A DNA stretch of 62,571 bases, the filler included, from Hausera hauseri (Eukaryota), in the NCBI GenBank assembly GCA_046269625.1. It is 11 parts of 11 records of this genome, joined end to end, with 100 filler letters (N's around TTAATTAATTAA, not from the genome) between each part and the next. Parts side by side here need not be neighbours in the genome. Positions count along the whole stretch, not along the records: positions 10,547 to 15,783 come from JBJURY010301833.1; positions 15,884 to 20,144 come from JBJURY010671107.1; positions 20,245 to 25,065 come from JBJURY010424587.1; 8 more parts are not named here. One strand, given 5' to 3'. A model generated the notes under the pieces. It was given only the letters and a program-made list of their open reading frames with translations. It was not told where the DNA came from and made no database searches. Below, one piece after another: positions 10,915-25,165 of this stretch (its first letter is position 1; each line of letters opens with the position of its first letter). The position numbers and the translations under genes are program-made.

Positions 10915-12860
10915 AATAATATTCGTGGGGCTCCATAATTAAATACAGTATTTTCCACAAATTTCTCTGCAATTGTATCTGCCTTCATGTCTTGCACGGG
11001 TAAGGCCACAACCCATCCAGTGAAATAATCTATAAACACGAGAATATACCTATTCCCATTTCTCGTTAATGGTAAAGGTCCGGTTATATCTATCGCGGTA
11101 AATTCGAATGGAGCAGGAGGATTATGCCATACTTTCAGAGGAGCCTTAAATTTGGATCCAGTATTCTTCCGAGTGGCGCATAGTTTACAACTATCACATC
11201 AGTTTTAAACATCTTGGGTTATAGTTGGCCAGAGATATTTTCTTTTCAAATTATGTATCGTCTTTCTTACTGACTGATGTTTGCCTGATAATCCATCGTG
11301 ATATTGAGTTGATAATACTACTCTATTCTTTTCTGGAATTACTACTGTTGATCCATTTTGGTGAATATAACACAAAAATCCGTTATTCTCTTCGTAGGCA
11401 TCACCAAAGTTCCTGATTGCTTTTATCTCTTTATCTTCCAGTTGATTCTCCTTTATCTTTTCTATGGATCCATCCATGCTCCATACCGCCGCTATTACTT
11501 CCATTTTTTCTTTTTCTTCTTGTGGTATTCTTGATAGGTAATCCGCGTTCGCATTTCGTGTACCCGGTTTATACTGGAAGTCTAATGTATAAGGCTGGAG
11601 TTTTAAAGTCCATCAAAATAGTCTACTATTAGGATTCTCATATTTTTTCAGTCACTGTAACAGTCGGTGATCGGTATATATTACTAAAGGTTTATTCTTG
11701 CTAATGTAGGGTGAGAACACTTCTAGCGAAAACATATCGCTAACAATTCTTTTTCAATAACGGCATATTTTCTTTGGTGCTTGTTTAGCTTTCTTGACGC
11801 ATAAGCAATTGGATGTTCCTTACCATCTGCGCCTGTTTGTAACAATACTTCTCAAACTCCATAATTACTTGCATCAGTTGCTAGGATAAACGGCTTAGTC
11901 ATATCTGGATAAATTAGAATACGGCATTTAGTAATCTTTTTTCAGGTTTTGAAAAGCATTTCTAAATCTTCACGTAGTGATTCGTGAAGTTGTTTAGCTA
12001 TTTTGCTAAAATTCTTTATGAATCTCCGATAATAATTTGAGAGTCCCAGAAATCGACGTAATTCATTAACTGTAGTGGGTTTCGGAAAATTTTTAATTTT
12101 ATTTAATAACCTGTCCTGGGATTTCACACCATATCTATTAACTCGGTATCCGAGAATATCCACTTCTGTTTGGGCAAAAGCACGTTTCTTCGGGTTTATT
12201 TTTAAGCCCATTATTTCGTATCTGTCAAAGAGGTCTTGCAAATCTTTCAAGTGTTGTTTAAAATCTGTTGATGCTACTATTACGTCGTCTATACATATAC
12301 CGTTGAGTGTGATGCATCTAACAGTAAAAACTCTGTTTCTCTTTGAAAATTTGGTGGCCCATTTCCATAGTCCTTCACCGATCGACAAGGCTGTTTTTGG
12401 TTTATCTTCTTCTTTTACTTCTACCTGCCAATATCCTTTTTGTAGGTCAATGGTGGTGAATATGGTTGAACCATGTAACTTATCTAATATTTCGTCTATC
12501 CTTGGTAGAGGGTACGTATCTGTTTCCGTTATCTCGTTCAGTGCTCTATAGTCTATACAAAATCTCATGGCTCCGTCTTTCTTTTTCACCACTGTTACTG
12601 GAGCCGTCTATGGGGAGCAACTTTGTCGTTTTTTTTCTCATAATGCCGATCTGTATGGTCGTTTCTTTATGGGGTTATTTTGCCCATATTTTAGCTTGAT
12701 AACATGCTGTATCACGTTCATCGTTCCTAGGTCATAATTGTTTTGATGAAACCGGCTATTGTCTTTCTCTGTCAGTTGTATAAGCATTTTCCTTTCTTCG
12801 TTTGATATCTTACAATCTCGTAATTTTTCATCGCAATTAATGTTGGTACTTTCTTTCTCT
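10915..12860 (-). pseudogene. pol: Ty3/Gypsy pol remnant: RT (11942-12600), RNase H (~11640-11930), integrase H2C2 and N-terminal half of the core
   Basis: RFCIDYRALN, YPLPRIDE, IDLQKGYWQV, CIDD, LRRFLGLSNYYRRFI, ILATDAS, YTDHRLL, IDITGPLP, IDYFTGWVVA; many stops and frameshifts; breaks off after PRILLT. Confidence 0.9.
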
Positions 12861-14399
12861 TCCTTTTCTCTTTCTGATTAATATAATTTCTCAAAGATCT
12901 GGCATGCTATAGCAAATTATTTACATACGACTTCTAAATTTATAACACAACAGTCATTAATTGTTTTTGTAATCTTGCATGTTTTTGAAGCTGTTACGAC
13001 TGTAACCTCAACATGGGTAATAAGTAATTTATATATTCCAAACCCAAGGACAAGATAAAACTTACACTCGAGTAATACATATCCTTGATAAAAACTTAAT
13101 AATACTAGGCATCAGAAACTTAAGAAAGTCACCTTCCTGTTTCTTCTGCTTTTTTTCTTTCGCCTTCTTTTTAGCCCTATTTATGGCTCCGTTTGGCAGT
13201 TGTCTCTTCGTCCGTATAAATTATATTCGGTGTATATTATGTGGGATACGAATCAAAATTTACAATTGAAATTGCTATCACCAAATGAATTTTGAAAGTT
13301 GTTTTGATTACTGATTGATTAGTAATAATAATTTGATGAGTCATTAAAATTTTTTTAAAAGAAATTTATGACAAGATAACCTCATTCAAGTAAAATGGAA
13401 GCAGATTTTTATACCAATACATCAAATTTTTGCAAAATTTTGCTGACTAATGCATGGTATGGCCCATACTCGCGACACAACTTTTGCTACGCTACTGATG
13501 ATAATGATTCAGTGTTTATTTATAGAATAATTGTCACTTAAAGTTCATCCAACCGCAAATATAAGCAGCTAAAAGCATAGAACCGTAAATTTTAACAATC
13601 AGTAACTCAAACGTGTACCATACGACCATAAGTCGGTTTGTGATTGTACGTGGATATTAGATGATAGATGTTCAACTTGTACAAATGGTGAATTTTTGAT
13701 TGTTAATTGTCCTTTTTCATTTCTAGAGAGAATAAAAAGTGGACTGATGAATGGAATGGCATTTGCGGTTGTGAAGTTATCATGACAGTCAGATGTATGA
13801 ATGATTTGGAAATTGGCTAAAAAGTAATGAATATTATTTGATGGTCTAATTTGGGATATTGGAAATATACAAATAATTCAATAAAATACATTTATAAATC
13901 AATATTAATAAACAATAAATTGTTAATAATAATAATCCATTACAAATTTATCTGCAATTGACGGACGAATATGCAATACTCCACAAATTAGAATAATGAA
14001 CTAATTACACTTCAAAGGTCAACAATCAAGCATTAATCAGAATCCCTATTTATACACCATCATCATTATTATCATTATTCCATTCGGTGGACAATAAATG
14101 TTCGTTTTCATTTAAACTTATTATAATGTATATTTAGAAGGTTTATAAGGAATCAATCAATCTACTATGGATCAAGGAATATTACATTCCCATGAATCAA
14201 TATATTTATCAAAATACAAGTATGATAATATTGTATAAACTCATTCATCATTCAAATATAATCAATTTTATTAACGACTTTTAAATGACATTTTTATTGT
14301 GGTTTGCTTTTGATTAATGCTAATTAACAACTCTATACTGCCAACTGCTGCATAACTACTATGATTGGATTATACATCTTTTCTCATATTAATTGATAT

Positions 14400-14870
14400 T
14401 TACTTAGTACTACTCGGAGTTTTCCAAGTTCTACAACAGCAAAATTTTATGCTCATTAATAATATGTAAAAATATTTTTGCAAACAAAACCAAGATTATG
14501 CAATATGGACTACTAAATGTTACGTCATTTCGCACTTGTTCAATTTCCCTCGTAACATGCAGACGAAATGTGTTTTGTTGATATTTTGTGATATTTGGTT
14601 CATAACATTTCATCATTCATGGGTAAATATTAAACAGGAAATCCGATGTTAGAAAAATATTGTTTGGAAAAAGAAACGAAAAATTTTTGAAATTTCAAAA
14701 TTACTCTGCATGTTAACGGGAAACTGAAGAAATGCGAAATGATGTAACATTTAGAAACACATTGCATCTTAGTTTTGTTTGCAAAAATATTTTTCATATT
14801 GTTAATCAGCATAAAATTTTGTAACTGCTGAATTTGTAGAATTTGTAAAATTCCAATTAGCAGTAAGATG
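14400..14870. mobile_element. MITE/foldback-like element with ~130-160-bp imperfect inverted repeats
   Basis: ~14437-14562 is the imperfect reverse complement of ~14705-14822; weaker matches extend outward. Confidence 0.65.
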
Positions 14871-15883
14871 CTGTTTCTTTCAAAATTGTTTCACAAAATA
14901 ACAAACACAACACTAAACGATTTATTATGAAAAATGTGCGAATATTTACACGAAAAGAAAATTAAATGATTTCATTAAAAATGCAAATTGAAGTTTGTTA
15001 CCAAACAAATGTTCATACGACTTAACTGGGATCAGTTTCTGCCTAAAAGAAAGAAACTTTCAATTTACATTAGTTTATTGATATAAATATAATTTATTAT
15101 TTTTATCAATGACATCATGCTACTTATAAATAGTCAGTAGTTTATCTGAAATAAATATTTTAAATTAAGTAATAATCAAATGTTTTCATATACTATTTAA
15201 ATTATCAATATCAATTATTAATTAAAATATCTTACTCTGAATAAATAATCGGCAACTGGTTCATTGGTTCCCATGTGAACGGTATCATCCACAGTTTCTC
15301 GTATTGTCTTTTTAGTATGAAATATGCCCCTGAGTTATGAAATTCATTATTCAATAAATCAATAATAAAATGTATTTTATAAAATTGTTATTCTAGTAAT
15401 TATTACGTAAACATACACAACGTTTTATGCATGGCAATCATCAAAGTTTATGAGGTATTGGAGGTATTGAAACAAAAGGTTTCAGAGTTAATTGAGTGGG
15501 ACGTTTAGTGGAAGGATACAGAAAATTCAAGGCGATGCAATGAATGTGTTAAGAAGGCATTAATGAAGAATTTAGATTTAAAGGTTTATATGAACAAGTT
15601 GTGCATTACCTCAAGGAATAAATGATGATAACATGAAAGGAAATATGTTAAACTTTGCTGACTCTTCTAAAAGATGTCCCTAAGTCGATTATTTTCTCCG
15701 ATGACTGAATTCATTCAGACTATTAAAGAAATTAACGATCATGGCAGAAGAGAAAATAGAAATGTCTGTGCAGAATCGATGCTNNNNNNNNNNNNNNNNN
15801 NNNNNNNNNNNNNNNNNNNNNNNNNNNTTAATTAATTAANNNNNNNNNNNNNNNNNNNNNNNNNNNNNNNNNNNNNNNNNNNN

Positions 15884-17400
15884 ATGGATTTGGTGGTGTT
15901 GGGTTTGATGAGCTCATGGTTAATTCTTCGGAATCCAAGTTAGTTGTGTAAATGAATTCGGAACAGAGCACACTAACCTACTTGGGGGTAGTAGTATTCG
16001 ATGAGGTATTGTATCATATTTAGCTCGTAATGAATGATAATTAGTGGGTTTTCCATTTGGTGGCGTTTTCAAACAATTAATAACAATGGTAATAATAGTA
16101 TAATTTTGATGACTACTGCAGGTATGATAATTATCAGTAGTACCGGGTTAAAATCCGAGCTAGTCGTTATAGGGGATAATCCGGTCTTCATCGGGTTTGG
16201 ATTTTTATCAACCATTGCTTGCGGTTTATAAGTGTATTCTTTAAGAGTGGTTATATAACGTAATGCTATCGTTCTTTGTTTGTAAGGTATTCTGTGGGAT
16301 TGGTGTAGTATTTGTACCAAGTATAAATATTGAGGTTTGAGATTATTACATTTGATTGATACTCTTATGAGCGGGAAACAATAAGCAGTATCATCATTAA
16401 TAATAAGTGTATACTGTAGGCTAGGAAGATTGAATATAATATAGCTGTTATGTACGTGAAATGAAATGTGTAAAGGTTTGAAGTTAACTGCTTTGATATA
16501 TTCAAAATTTGGCATATCGTTGTTAGATGTACGTAGTGGTGCCTTGAGAACATTAAAGATTGTATTACTTATCCAGAATACATCAGGACATGTAGATTGT
16601 ACTTGTAGGGTTACTAATATTTGTTAATCTTCACCTTGTAAACAGGTTCTTGAGTGCTCTAAACTAGAGTATTTCATATTACAATCTTTGTTTTTTACTG
16701 GTTTCATCGTACAAGTTATGATATAAGAAATATTTTTTAGTTGGGGTACTATTGCTAGAACTTCTCCAGAAATTTCTACATCGGCATTAATCGACTGATC
16801 ATACTGAGGTACTGGACGGCAAGATATGTTAGTAGATTTATTAATACCTTGCTCAATTGAATTCTTCTTTTTATTTGTTATATTTATTGGCTTGCTCGTG
16901 GATGCTTTTATGGGCATCATGATGAGAATAGTCCGTCGCATAGTAATGTTATATCCCAATCCATTGAATCCACTTGTAAGTTTTGATACTTGGAATGTTA
17001 AAGAATAGGTGTGCCCTTGAGAAACATGACAGCATTTATTTGCTCTTAACTCCGAGTGTGTTACGCAAATGGGTATATGCTTTTCGAACAAGGTCACTGC
17101 TTCTTTTTCTTGTCCTTCTGGCTTATTTACATATGTTATTGTCAAACATTTCTTTTCAAGATCATAATGAACTAAGAAAACCTTGAACATTAATAGGCGA
17201 TTATCTTTTAATTCTAAACTTGTATCTTCTGGTAATTTCGAGTAGTCTTAAAATATAGCATGTAATTTTTGTCCTTTTGTAAAGGTTGCTATTAGATCTC
17301 TATCCAATTGTGGTGCCGAAGTCGATTGTGCCAGAACGTTGGTCGTACATAATGCTAATATGCATAAGAATAAAGCCGTTTTACTAAGCTTTGATCGGAT
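15884..17400 (-). pseudogene. Type I membrane protein remnant: signal-like segment, 2-3 FN3-like domains, TM helix and tail
   Basis: TALFLCILALCTTNVLA|QST; CHVSQGHTYSLTFQV; CNNLKPQYLYLVQI; VLLIIIIPAVVIKIILLLPLLLIV followed by KR; similar to 61800-62400. Confidence 0.55.
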
Positions 17401-20144
17401 ACCTTGACCTTGAGAGTTTACTGAATAATTTTCGATAGTTTGTCGATTATCTAATTCGGCAGAATTTTTGTTTTCAATGAACTGATCTTTTAAAGTAGGA
17501 TTCACATTTTGTCGGTCATCTGATTTGATAGAATTTCCATTTGAGTCAGAAATTTTTGTTTGATATTGGATTCACGTCATCTGTTTCGGTAAGATTTTCA
17601 TTTATGATGGATTCTTCTTCTTTTAATATTGGGTCTAAGTTATCTGACTCATTGATGTCTTCATTCTTCGGTGTGAAATTTGAAATAATTTGATGCAACT
17701 TGTTAATATTTTCCTAAATTCTGGCCTAAGTTTCATTATCTCTGGTGGGACCTCGGAATTTATTCATTTATTCTTCAAATATTGTTTTACATTAATTATC
17801 TGTTTATACATTTTTGTAAAATATTGTTGACAGGACATCCAGGTTACTGGAACTTCTTCCTCTGGGGTTTTTATTAAATAATATATTAGGTATATTTTTT
17901 CTTTTGGTAATAAATCCACTTGGGTTAATCCTAAGTATGCCGTTACCCTATTGATCCATCTAATGCCATATACTATTTTGCGATCTTCTCCATATTTTAA
18001 GCAAGTATATCTTCTTTTATCATTCAACTGTACTGATCGATAATAAATTTCTAGAACATTTGCTTGCATTAAGTTAATTATCTCCTCATCAGTTACTTTT
18101 ATCCCTTTAGGTTGATCCCTGTTTCGGTTAAGGCTATGGAAAAGAACTTGTATCATGTATTGTCGGATTTCTTCTGTATTAAAATCTGGTGCAAACGCAA
18201 AATTGTTGATATGAAAATGGTTTACTATTTGTTGCAATTGGCTCTTTTGGCGATACTCATTAAAGTAGCAAAAGGATTTCGTGTATTGACCGCAAATCCA
18301 CTTAATAACATTATATGATATATCTCGATGACTCATACCTAATTCCCACACAACTTGATATACCCATCTATCTATTGCTGTAAATTATTTCGATATAGCC
18401 TATATACTCTTATACAAAAGTTTAGTCCAAATAACTTCTCGACGGGTTATTTGCTTTGACCATTCTTTGTTGTTTTGTAGTCTATTCGTGCAACACCTTG
18501 TTTTTCGTACGTAAAAATTTTCTTCTGCAATTATTTCTCTTAGATATAAAATGTTCATGTAATTATTGGCACGTCTTCTCATCATATCATAGTACTCAAA
18601 ATCCTAACATAATATAGGATTATATGATCGATATTTCTCCATGTCGAATAAGTAATTTAACACAGCTTGTTTTTCCTTTGTAATTTCGAGGTTTTCTTCC
18701 TCTATGCAGTGAATAAACAATCTCTGCCATTTCCTTTTTGTTGTCTGTTCCTCTTCCAATTCGCTAACTTTATTATGATACACCCAGTAGTCAGGGTCGT
18801 ATATTCTACGAGCTTGTTTTTGAGTTTTACTTAATGTTAATTGCTGGACCTGGCTGGTTTCTTCGGAAGGTTGATTAAAACCTTTATTAAAATCATTAAT
18901 TATTGTTTGAGGCATTCGATCGTACCTGGCGCACCTTGAATACCCTTGGAATTCTAATTTGGTATTACTAAAAGCCCTCAGGCATGAAAGCATTTGTATG
19001 TATTGCTTCGTGGTTTGTTTATATATCTTCATTTGATGTAATGGGCAAGTAGTCCCAACTTAATTTCGGTATTCTTCCCTATCATACCCATGTCTATTGG
19101 CTAATGCGATAATTTTCGTATTCGTAATCTATAAGTGGCTGCCGGGGATTGTCCTCTTTCAAAAAATTTCCTTTCCCATCTGTAAATGTGGAGTACTACC
19201 TATAACCATTCGTGTTTTGTGTATATATCTGGTTTTCGCTCTCATCCATTATCTATCGAGATGTACAATTCATAGAGCTAGTTTATCATTCATATTTCCA
19301 TCATACAATATTTCTACTTCATGTCGCAGCTTTTACAGTATTTGTATTTTCGACTTTATTAATGTCTTGTAATACTCTGTTTTCTCCATCACATCATTGA
19401 TAGCTTTACTCAATTCCATCGTAAGGGGTTCATCTTCTAATCCCGCTTCCCATAAGAACCAATCTATCCATATGTGCTTCCTGTATTCCTCAGTATCGTT
19501 CCCAATGTTTTGCATTTTATGTGTCCATAAACCATTGATTACATGGTCGACACCACAATATTCTATTAAATCGTCAAGAATTTCCTTGTATTGAGTTGAA
19601 ACTTCTGATTGTTTAGGTCTATGTAAGACTATATTAAGTAGTTGGTATAGAGATGTATCCAATGTAGTAAAAGACGTAAAAACACCTGCATGTAAATTGA
19701 GAGGATTTGTCTTCAGATATTGTTGAGCTTCTAGTGCTATAGTTTGAAGAGCATAAGCATCGTCTTGTGCAAAATATCGTTTTTCAGGATTATAAATATG
19801 TAATTTCAAATAATGATATTCGGAAGACTGTCGTTTATACAAAGTTCTATTCATTTCCCATAAGAATATACGTGTCCAGGTTTGCTTATAAGTAAGCTCA
19901 GTGTCTGGTACCACAATTGTTTCTCTAGTTGGCTCAATTTCGATACTTTCTGTTTTCAGATTTTCTAAGTATTGTTGACGAAGGGAATGCACTATTTTGT
20001 GTAAATTCTGCTTTGGATATTGCTTCAACTTAACAATTTCACATTCCACACTCAGGTCCTGTTTTTGTGATTTATTAAGCATTTGCAATAAATGTGTTAT
20101 TTCGTGTACTTCGATTGATCGATCTACTTCATTTTTCTTGTAAA
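17400..20144 (-). pseudogene. Degenerate long intronless ORF, probably an accessory region of a giant LTR element
   Basis: Consecutive minus-strand ORF fragments (251, 142, 195 aa) with composition and A-skew like the other element fragments; no domain recognised. Confidence 0.45.
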
Positions 20145-20244
20145 NNNNNNNNNNNNNNNNNNNNNNNNNNNNNNNNNNNNNNNNNNNNTTAATTAATTAA
20201 NNNNNNNNNNNNNNNNNNNNNNNNNNNNNNNNNNNNNNNNNNNN

Positions 20245-21200
20245 GGAGATTAGAGTTTCCCTAAGTCATAAAATCATCAGTAAATTATATAGGTAGACAG
20301 AATTTATTTAACCCAGCACAGGATAACGATTCAGTACCTGCATGCATTAAAATCTGAGCACAAACAGTTTAACGAGATCGTTAAACCGTTCCTGCATAAG
20401 TATCAACTAAATTTAATTGTAAATTATTGTTAGTCGGGAGAAGTTCAGGCCCACCGAAACTATAACGTTTGGCGATCCTAGCAAGATAGTTTGTGACTAA
20501 CTAGACTTTGACTTGAAAGTTAATCAGTTACATACCCAGCGATCAGTTCTACTCATATCAAGTAAAGAAGTGTAGGAATATTTGTGAAAATTGTTGGGAT
20601 ATAGAAATTTGAAGTTTATTAGAATCTAAGAACAAACATTGACAAACGCAAGTTAAAAGATAAACTAGATTTGTGTTTCAATGATAAGGAAAACTTAACT
20701 CTACCCGAAACGCGAAATAAGGTCTATGAAAAGATCTAAATTGCGACAATCATACATTATCTGATTCTAATCTAACTGACATAAAATTAACTGTTGCTGA
20801 GCAGCCTAGAGTTCAAAATTCCGGATATGAAAAATAAACCTCGTAAGCTGAATAAGCAAAACTTAAATGACGTAATTAACGTAGAAGATAATAATATGCC
20901 TGAAAATCAAGCAGTGACGCAGAAGCTATACATTTTCATGTTTGGCTCTTTGAATCTTCCGGCGTATGGCGGAGACTCGGACGGATTAAACGAATTTCTG
21001 AGAACTTACAAATTACATGCAGAAGGTGCCGGACACGCATCTAACGTAATGATTAAATTAGTGTCATTATATTTGAAAAATTTGGCCACTGGTGCCTATA
21101 GCGAACTCACAGTTGATGAAAGGAAATATTGGTCATCCTTGGTAGGAGCTTTATTTCGAAAATTATTACCGACAGTGACTCCGCAACAAAAACGTATGGT
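20245..21200 (+). mobile_element. gag: Second copy of the Gypsy family: LTR 3' end, PBS TGGCGATCCTAGCAAGA (~20470-20486) and gag N-terminus
   Basis: LTR end CTATAACG complements the TGTTATAG LTR start in contig 11; MIKLVSLYLKNLATGAYSELT...WSSLVGAL nearly identical to 1511 onward. Confidence 0.85.
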
Positions 21201-23399
21201 CTATATACCCGCTTCCATGATTGTATATAGTTATTTGTAAAAAATCCTTGTTTTATGAAACTGCTATGACAGAATTTCACATTTGATTTAGTTTTCTCTT
21301 AATGCTGCATTTATTTACAAATCTATCATCTAACATTTTGATTTGAAAAGCTATTTTCTTTGAATATTTTACAATAATACAATTCAGACTTTCAGTTTTT
21401 TTTGCAAAAACCAATTTGTAAATTTGCTACCCATCGTTTTGCAAGACAATTGTCGAAAGGATATTCCACACCTTGGATTTTTATTTTGCTGCAAAGATTT
21501 ATATTCAATTAAAGATTTCTTGAATTCGTTTAATAATTTTGTGCTTGTATATTTGATCAATTGTGGTCAGTTACATCACCACAATACGTGTGTTATTTGT
21601 AAACACAGTTTTCTTTGTGATACAATTTGCAGAACCTTGTCAATTGAATTAAAAGATAGACAATGGTGTCAGAAGAAAAACGGATCCAGACAACACCTAA
21701 TACACACACCAGGTTCGGATTTTTTTAATTGCACTTTCGTCCAGATATTGTCTAAACTACAGCTGATATTGACACGCTAAAAAGTCATATTTCGACTATT
21801 TCTACAAAAGGCAGAAAATAGTGTCATCACGGTACTAAACACAAACTACAAACTGACGGACATTTTGCATAATTGGTTTCCAATCAACTCTCGTGACGGA
21901 GATATCAGCTTTATAGCTTTTATATCCCAAAGGCTTGCGTGTGTTCCATCCGTGTGTGTACATATTAATGAAATTAAAAGTTCTGCTACTCGTAAAAACA
22001 CTGGTACAATTAAAAATGGTCGTAAATTAAATATATACCGGTATAGAAAACTACAATGTAACCCAACAAAAAATGCTACTCAAAAATTGTCGCCAAAGCC
22101 AAGCACTAGAACTTTAAGCATACGTAACGCTACCTTAAGAACGGCTACCACGTAGAGCGAATTTGTTAAGACAGAACTCATTTTAAACCGCACGTTTTAA
22201 AATGAGTTGAAATTAGGCTAAAAATTCACAGTCCATCGGATTTGAAAATCCCTACCGTCAAAATAAGCTCCACTAACGTAAAGCGCAGAAAGAAAGTATC
22301 ACGAGCTCCTCAAAATGTCGTTAGACTTCAAACCTACAACCAACATTTTTAATATCGTATATACAATAATGAGTAGTGAAAATCTTTCAACCATCTTGAA
22401 AGATTTGACGTTGGTATTCAAGTAATTTTTAATACAGAAAATACCGATCATGAGAGTTATATTAATGTATACAACCAAGTACATATCTATTGCACACATG
22501 TGCCGGTGTCAAGTTCGTCGGGTAGGTTAACCGTTGAGGTCGCAGCCTCTACGGCAGTTTTGTACGATCGCACGGAGTTCATAGTTTCCTTGAATATCAC
22601 CGGGTTTTCCGATTAATAATCCAACCACACAACATTGTCTTTACGGTTTGGACACAGATTTGATATTATTCAGATTGTCGAATCAAAAACTGTACATATC
22701 TCTACTCACAATAAAAGTTATTTATCTTCAACTGCATGTCCATGAGAAGTCATATATTGCAGCTGAATCGAAGTTCTATTTAGTTCATTTTCCTCTACTG
22801 CGCGATTATATTAGACATGAGTTCACACCATTAACGAAAACATTCGACGATAAATTCTGTTTTAAAAAACAAGAATGGCAAACTGATGTGCTGATCCTGT
22901 TCATCAACGAATGTTTTGACGCTTATTACGCCCAACAGTGTTATCTGAGTCCTTTGTACATAGCATCCTGCAATGAAACCGATTTCGGCCCACCCCTGCC
23001 ATCAAGCGGCAATTGGCGGGCATTGACTGGGATGACTAGCATTTCGGTTGGGCATCGAGAGCGCCACATCGCCGGATTCCTAGTCACGCCCGCACTTTGT
23101 ACACCATATTACGCCCGGGAATTTTAAATAATTTCCTCTCCCTCATACTTCTTTTCCGAAATAAACAAATACATTCCCTTTACATACACAAAAATACCAC
23201 AGTTGAAAGCTTGTCTGGTGTATTGTCATACCAAACCAATTTTACCAATTTTCGTCTTAACCATAACGGCCTTTTCCCCAACCATCAGACATTCTTGTAA
23301 CTTATGCCTCTATATCGTCCACACTCATGCTAACTATCCACTTTCGACTACTGGGAGGGTCTGATCCAAAATCATCGCCTAACGACCAACAAGACCTTA

Positions 23400-24830
23400 C
23401 CGACGTTCCTACTATCAGCGTACCTTTCAATTCAGCCCCATCTCCATCATCTACTGTAAATTTGCTTTGCATATAATAATTCACTAACACACAACATTTC
23501 AGTCGAACATGGCTAGAATTCCACACAGCCCGGTTAAAATTAAATAATATTACAAACTCTTTCTTTAAAGCAAATAGCTTGGATATACTGTTGCCTTCCA
23601 ACATAAAATCGCAGCTTTCCAACTTGTCAAAAATCTTTCAAAACAATGACCCATACAAGACTCTTTTTAACTCAGTCTTAAAAATAACCGGGCCATCTTT
23701 AGACAATATTATTCATAAATACTTCATCAAAAACACCATAGGGAATCAAAAACCCTCGGAAATTTTGCAAACATTTTTGTCTCAGTCGAATACCCTGGGT
23801 GTCAATCAGACAAATAACAATGATATGTTGCACAGGTATTTCCTGCCATCTTTACCAAGAGATATGCGTGCTTTTTTGACCATAGCTTAGGATACCATAT
23901 TATTAGAGAAGCCAGCATAGATAGCTGATAAGAGCTAAGAAATCCTACACTTGCATGCAGCAACAATAGTCGCCGCGACATTGCAGACATCTGCAATACA
24001 TCATAATTCCGAAATTTCTACACTACATAATCAAATAAATTTGCTACGTACCGAAAATGCCGCTATACACTAGGCAGTTTCGGCCCTCACTTCAAAAATG
24101 AATGGCCCGACTATTTCGAGATGGGGTCGCTTTGTTGCAGATCACAGCCGTACGTCATCACAAAATTCTAGACCTTCGATGTCGCCTGCGCGACCAATGG
24201 TTTGTTACTACTACACTAAACTTAAAACTAACTCCGCTAAATATTGCTTAGGTTACTTGTGTTTTGCACTTACATTCATAAAGCCCGATATTATACATAT
24301 ATATCACAATAAAGTTGGTAACAAAACACTCAACTGCATCACCGGTTGTGCCTTCACTAATCGATCCAATTCATCGCATCTCTATTCTTCAAACAGTATA
24401 AGTCTGACACCTTAAAAAAACTAATAAAGACGCCAGATGTTTCGGCGTATACTGGAACAGGCAAATCTTTACATTCTAACATCCGCACATACACCGACTT
24501 TACTTTAAAAGCCTCTGTAATAAATAAACTCAATCAATTAATAAGTTTTTTGATTGATTCCGGGCGGCCGTTTCTCTCTTACCACTGTAAACAAAGACAA
24601 CAACCATCTCTCCATCTAAGACTAAGTTACACACAGCTAACGGCCAAGCCCTACGCGTATTAGGCACGTCAAAATCTCTATTAAAATACAACATTTTCCC
24701 GACACCTTCACCTGGACCTTCATCGTTGTTGATACACAGTCACTCATACTAGGTTCAGACTCTTTGTCTTTCTACAATCTCCTTGTGGATTGTAGACTGT
24801 TGGCTCACATTCCATTTCATTATCTCTACT
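23400..24830 (+). pseudogene. Second Gypsy family: gag and aspartic protease remnant
   Basis: IGNQKPSEIL...FLPSLPRDMRAFL gag motif; twin C-x-YH-like motifs; FLIDSG, TANG, FTWTFIVVD, ILGSD protease motifs. Confidence 0.75.
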
Positions 24831-25165
24831 TCAAAAGCGTAAGCAAAAATATAAACTGACCAAGAAACCAACGTTTGTGGATGTCGGGCTTTATCTGGAT
24901 ATATCAAGATATCCAACATCAAAAGCAAATATCTTCGTTGGCTGCGTGCGCTTCCACACCGTCCACGTCATCGCCCAGCCGGGGTAGAGTTTTAAAATAC
25001 CCGCCCTCTGGTATGTCTGCTGAATCAGAATTGGATTGTTTGAGAGTACTCATTGAAAAGTAAGCNNNNNNNNNNNNNNNNNNNNNNNNNNNNNNNNNNN
25101 NNNNNNNNNTTAATTAATTAANNNNNNNNNNNNNNNNNNNNNNNNNNNNNNNNNNNNNNNNNNNN

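Noticed and set aside
12075-12551. 158-aa plus-strand ORF
   Set aside because: Antisense to RT, no independent motif
22174-22208. Perfect 13-bp hairpin AACTCATTTTAAA...TTTAAAATGAGTT
   Set aside because: Isolated and AT-rich, with no element boundary or gene context
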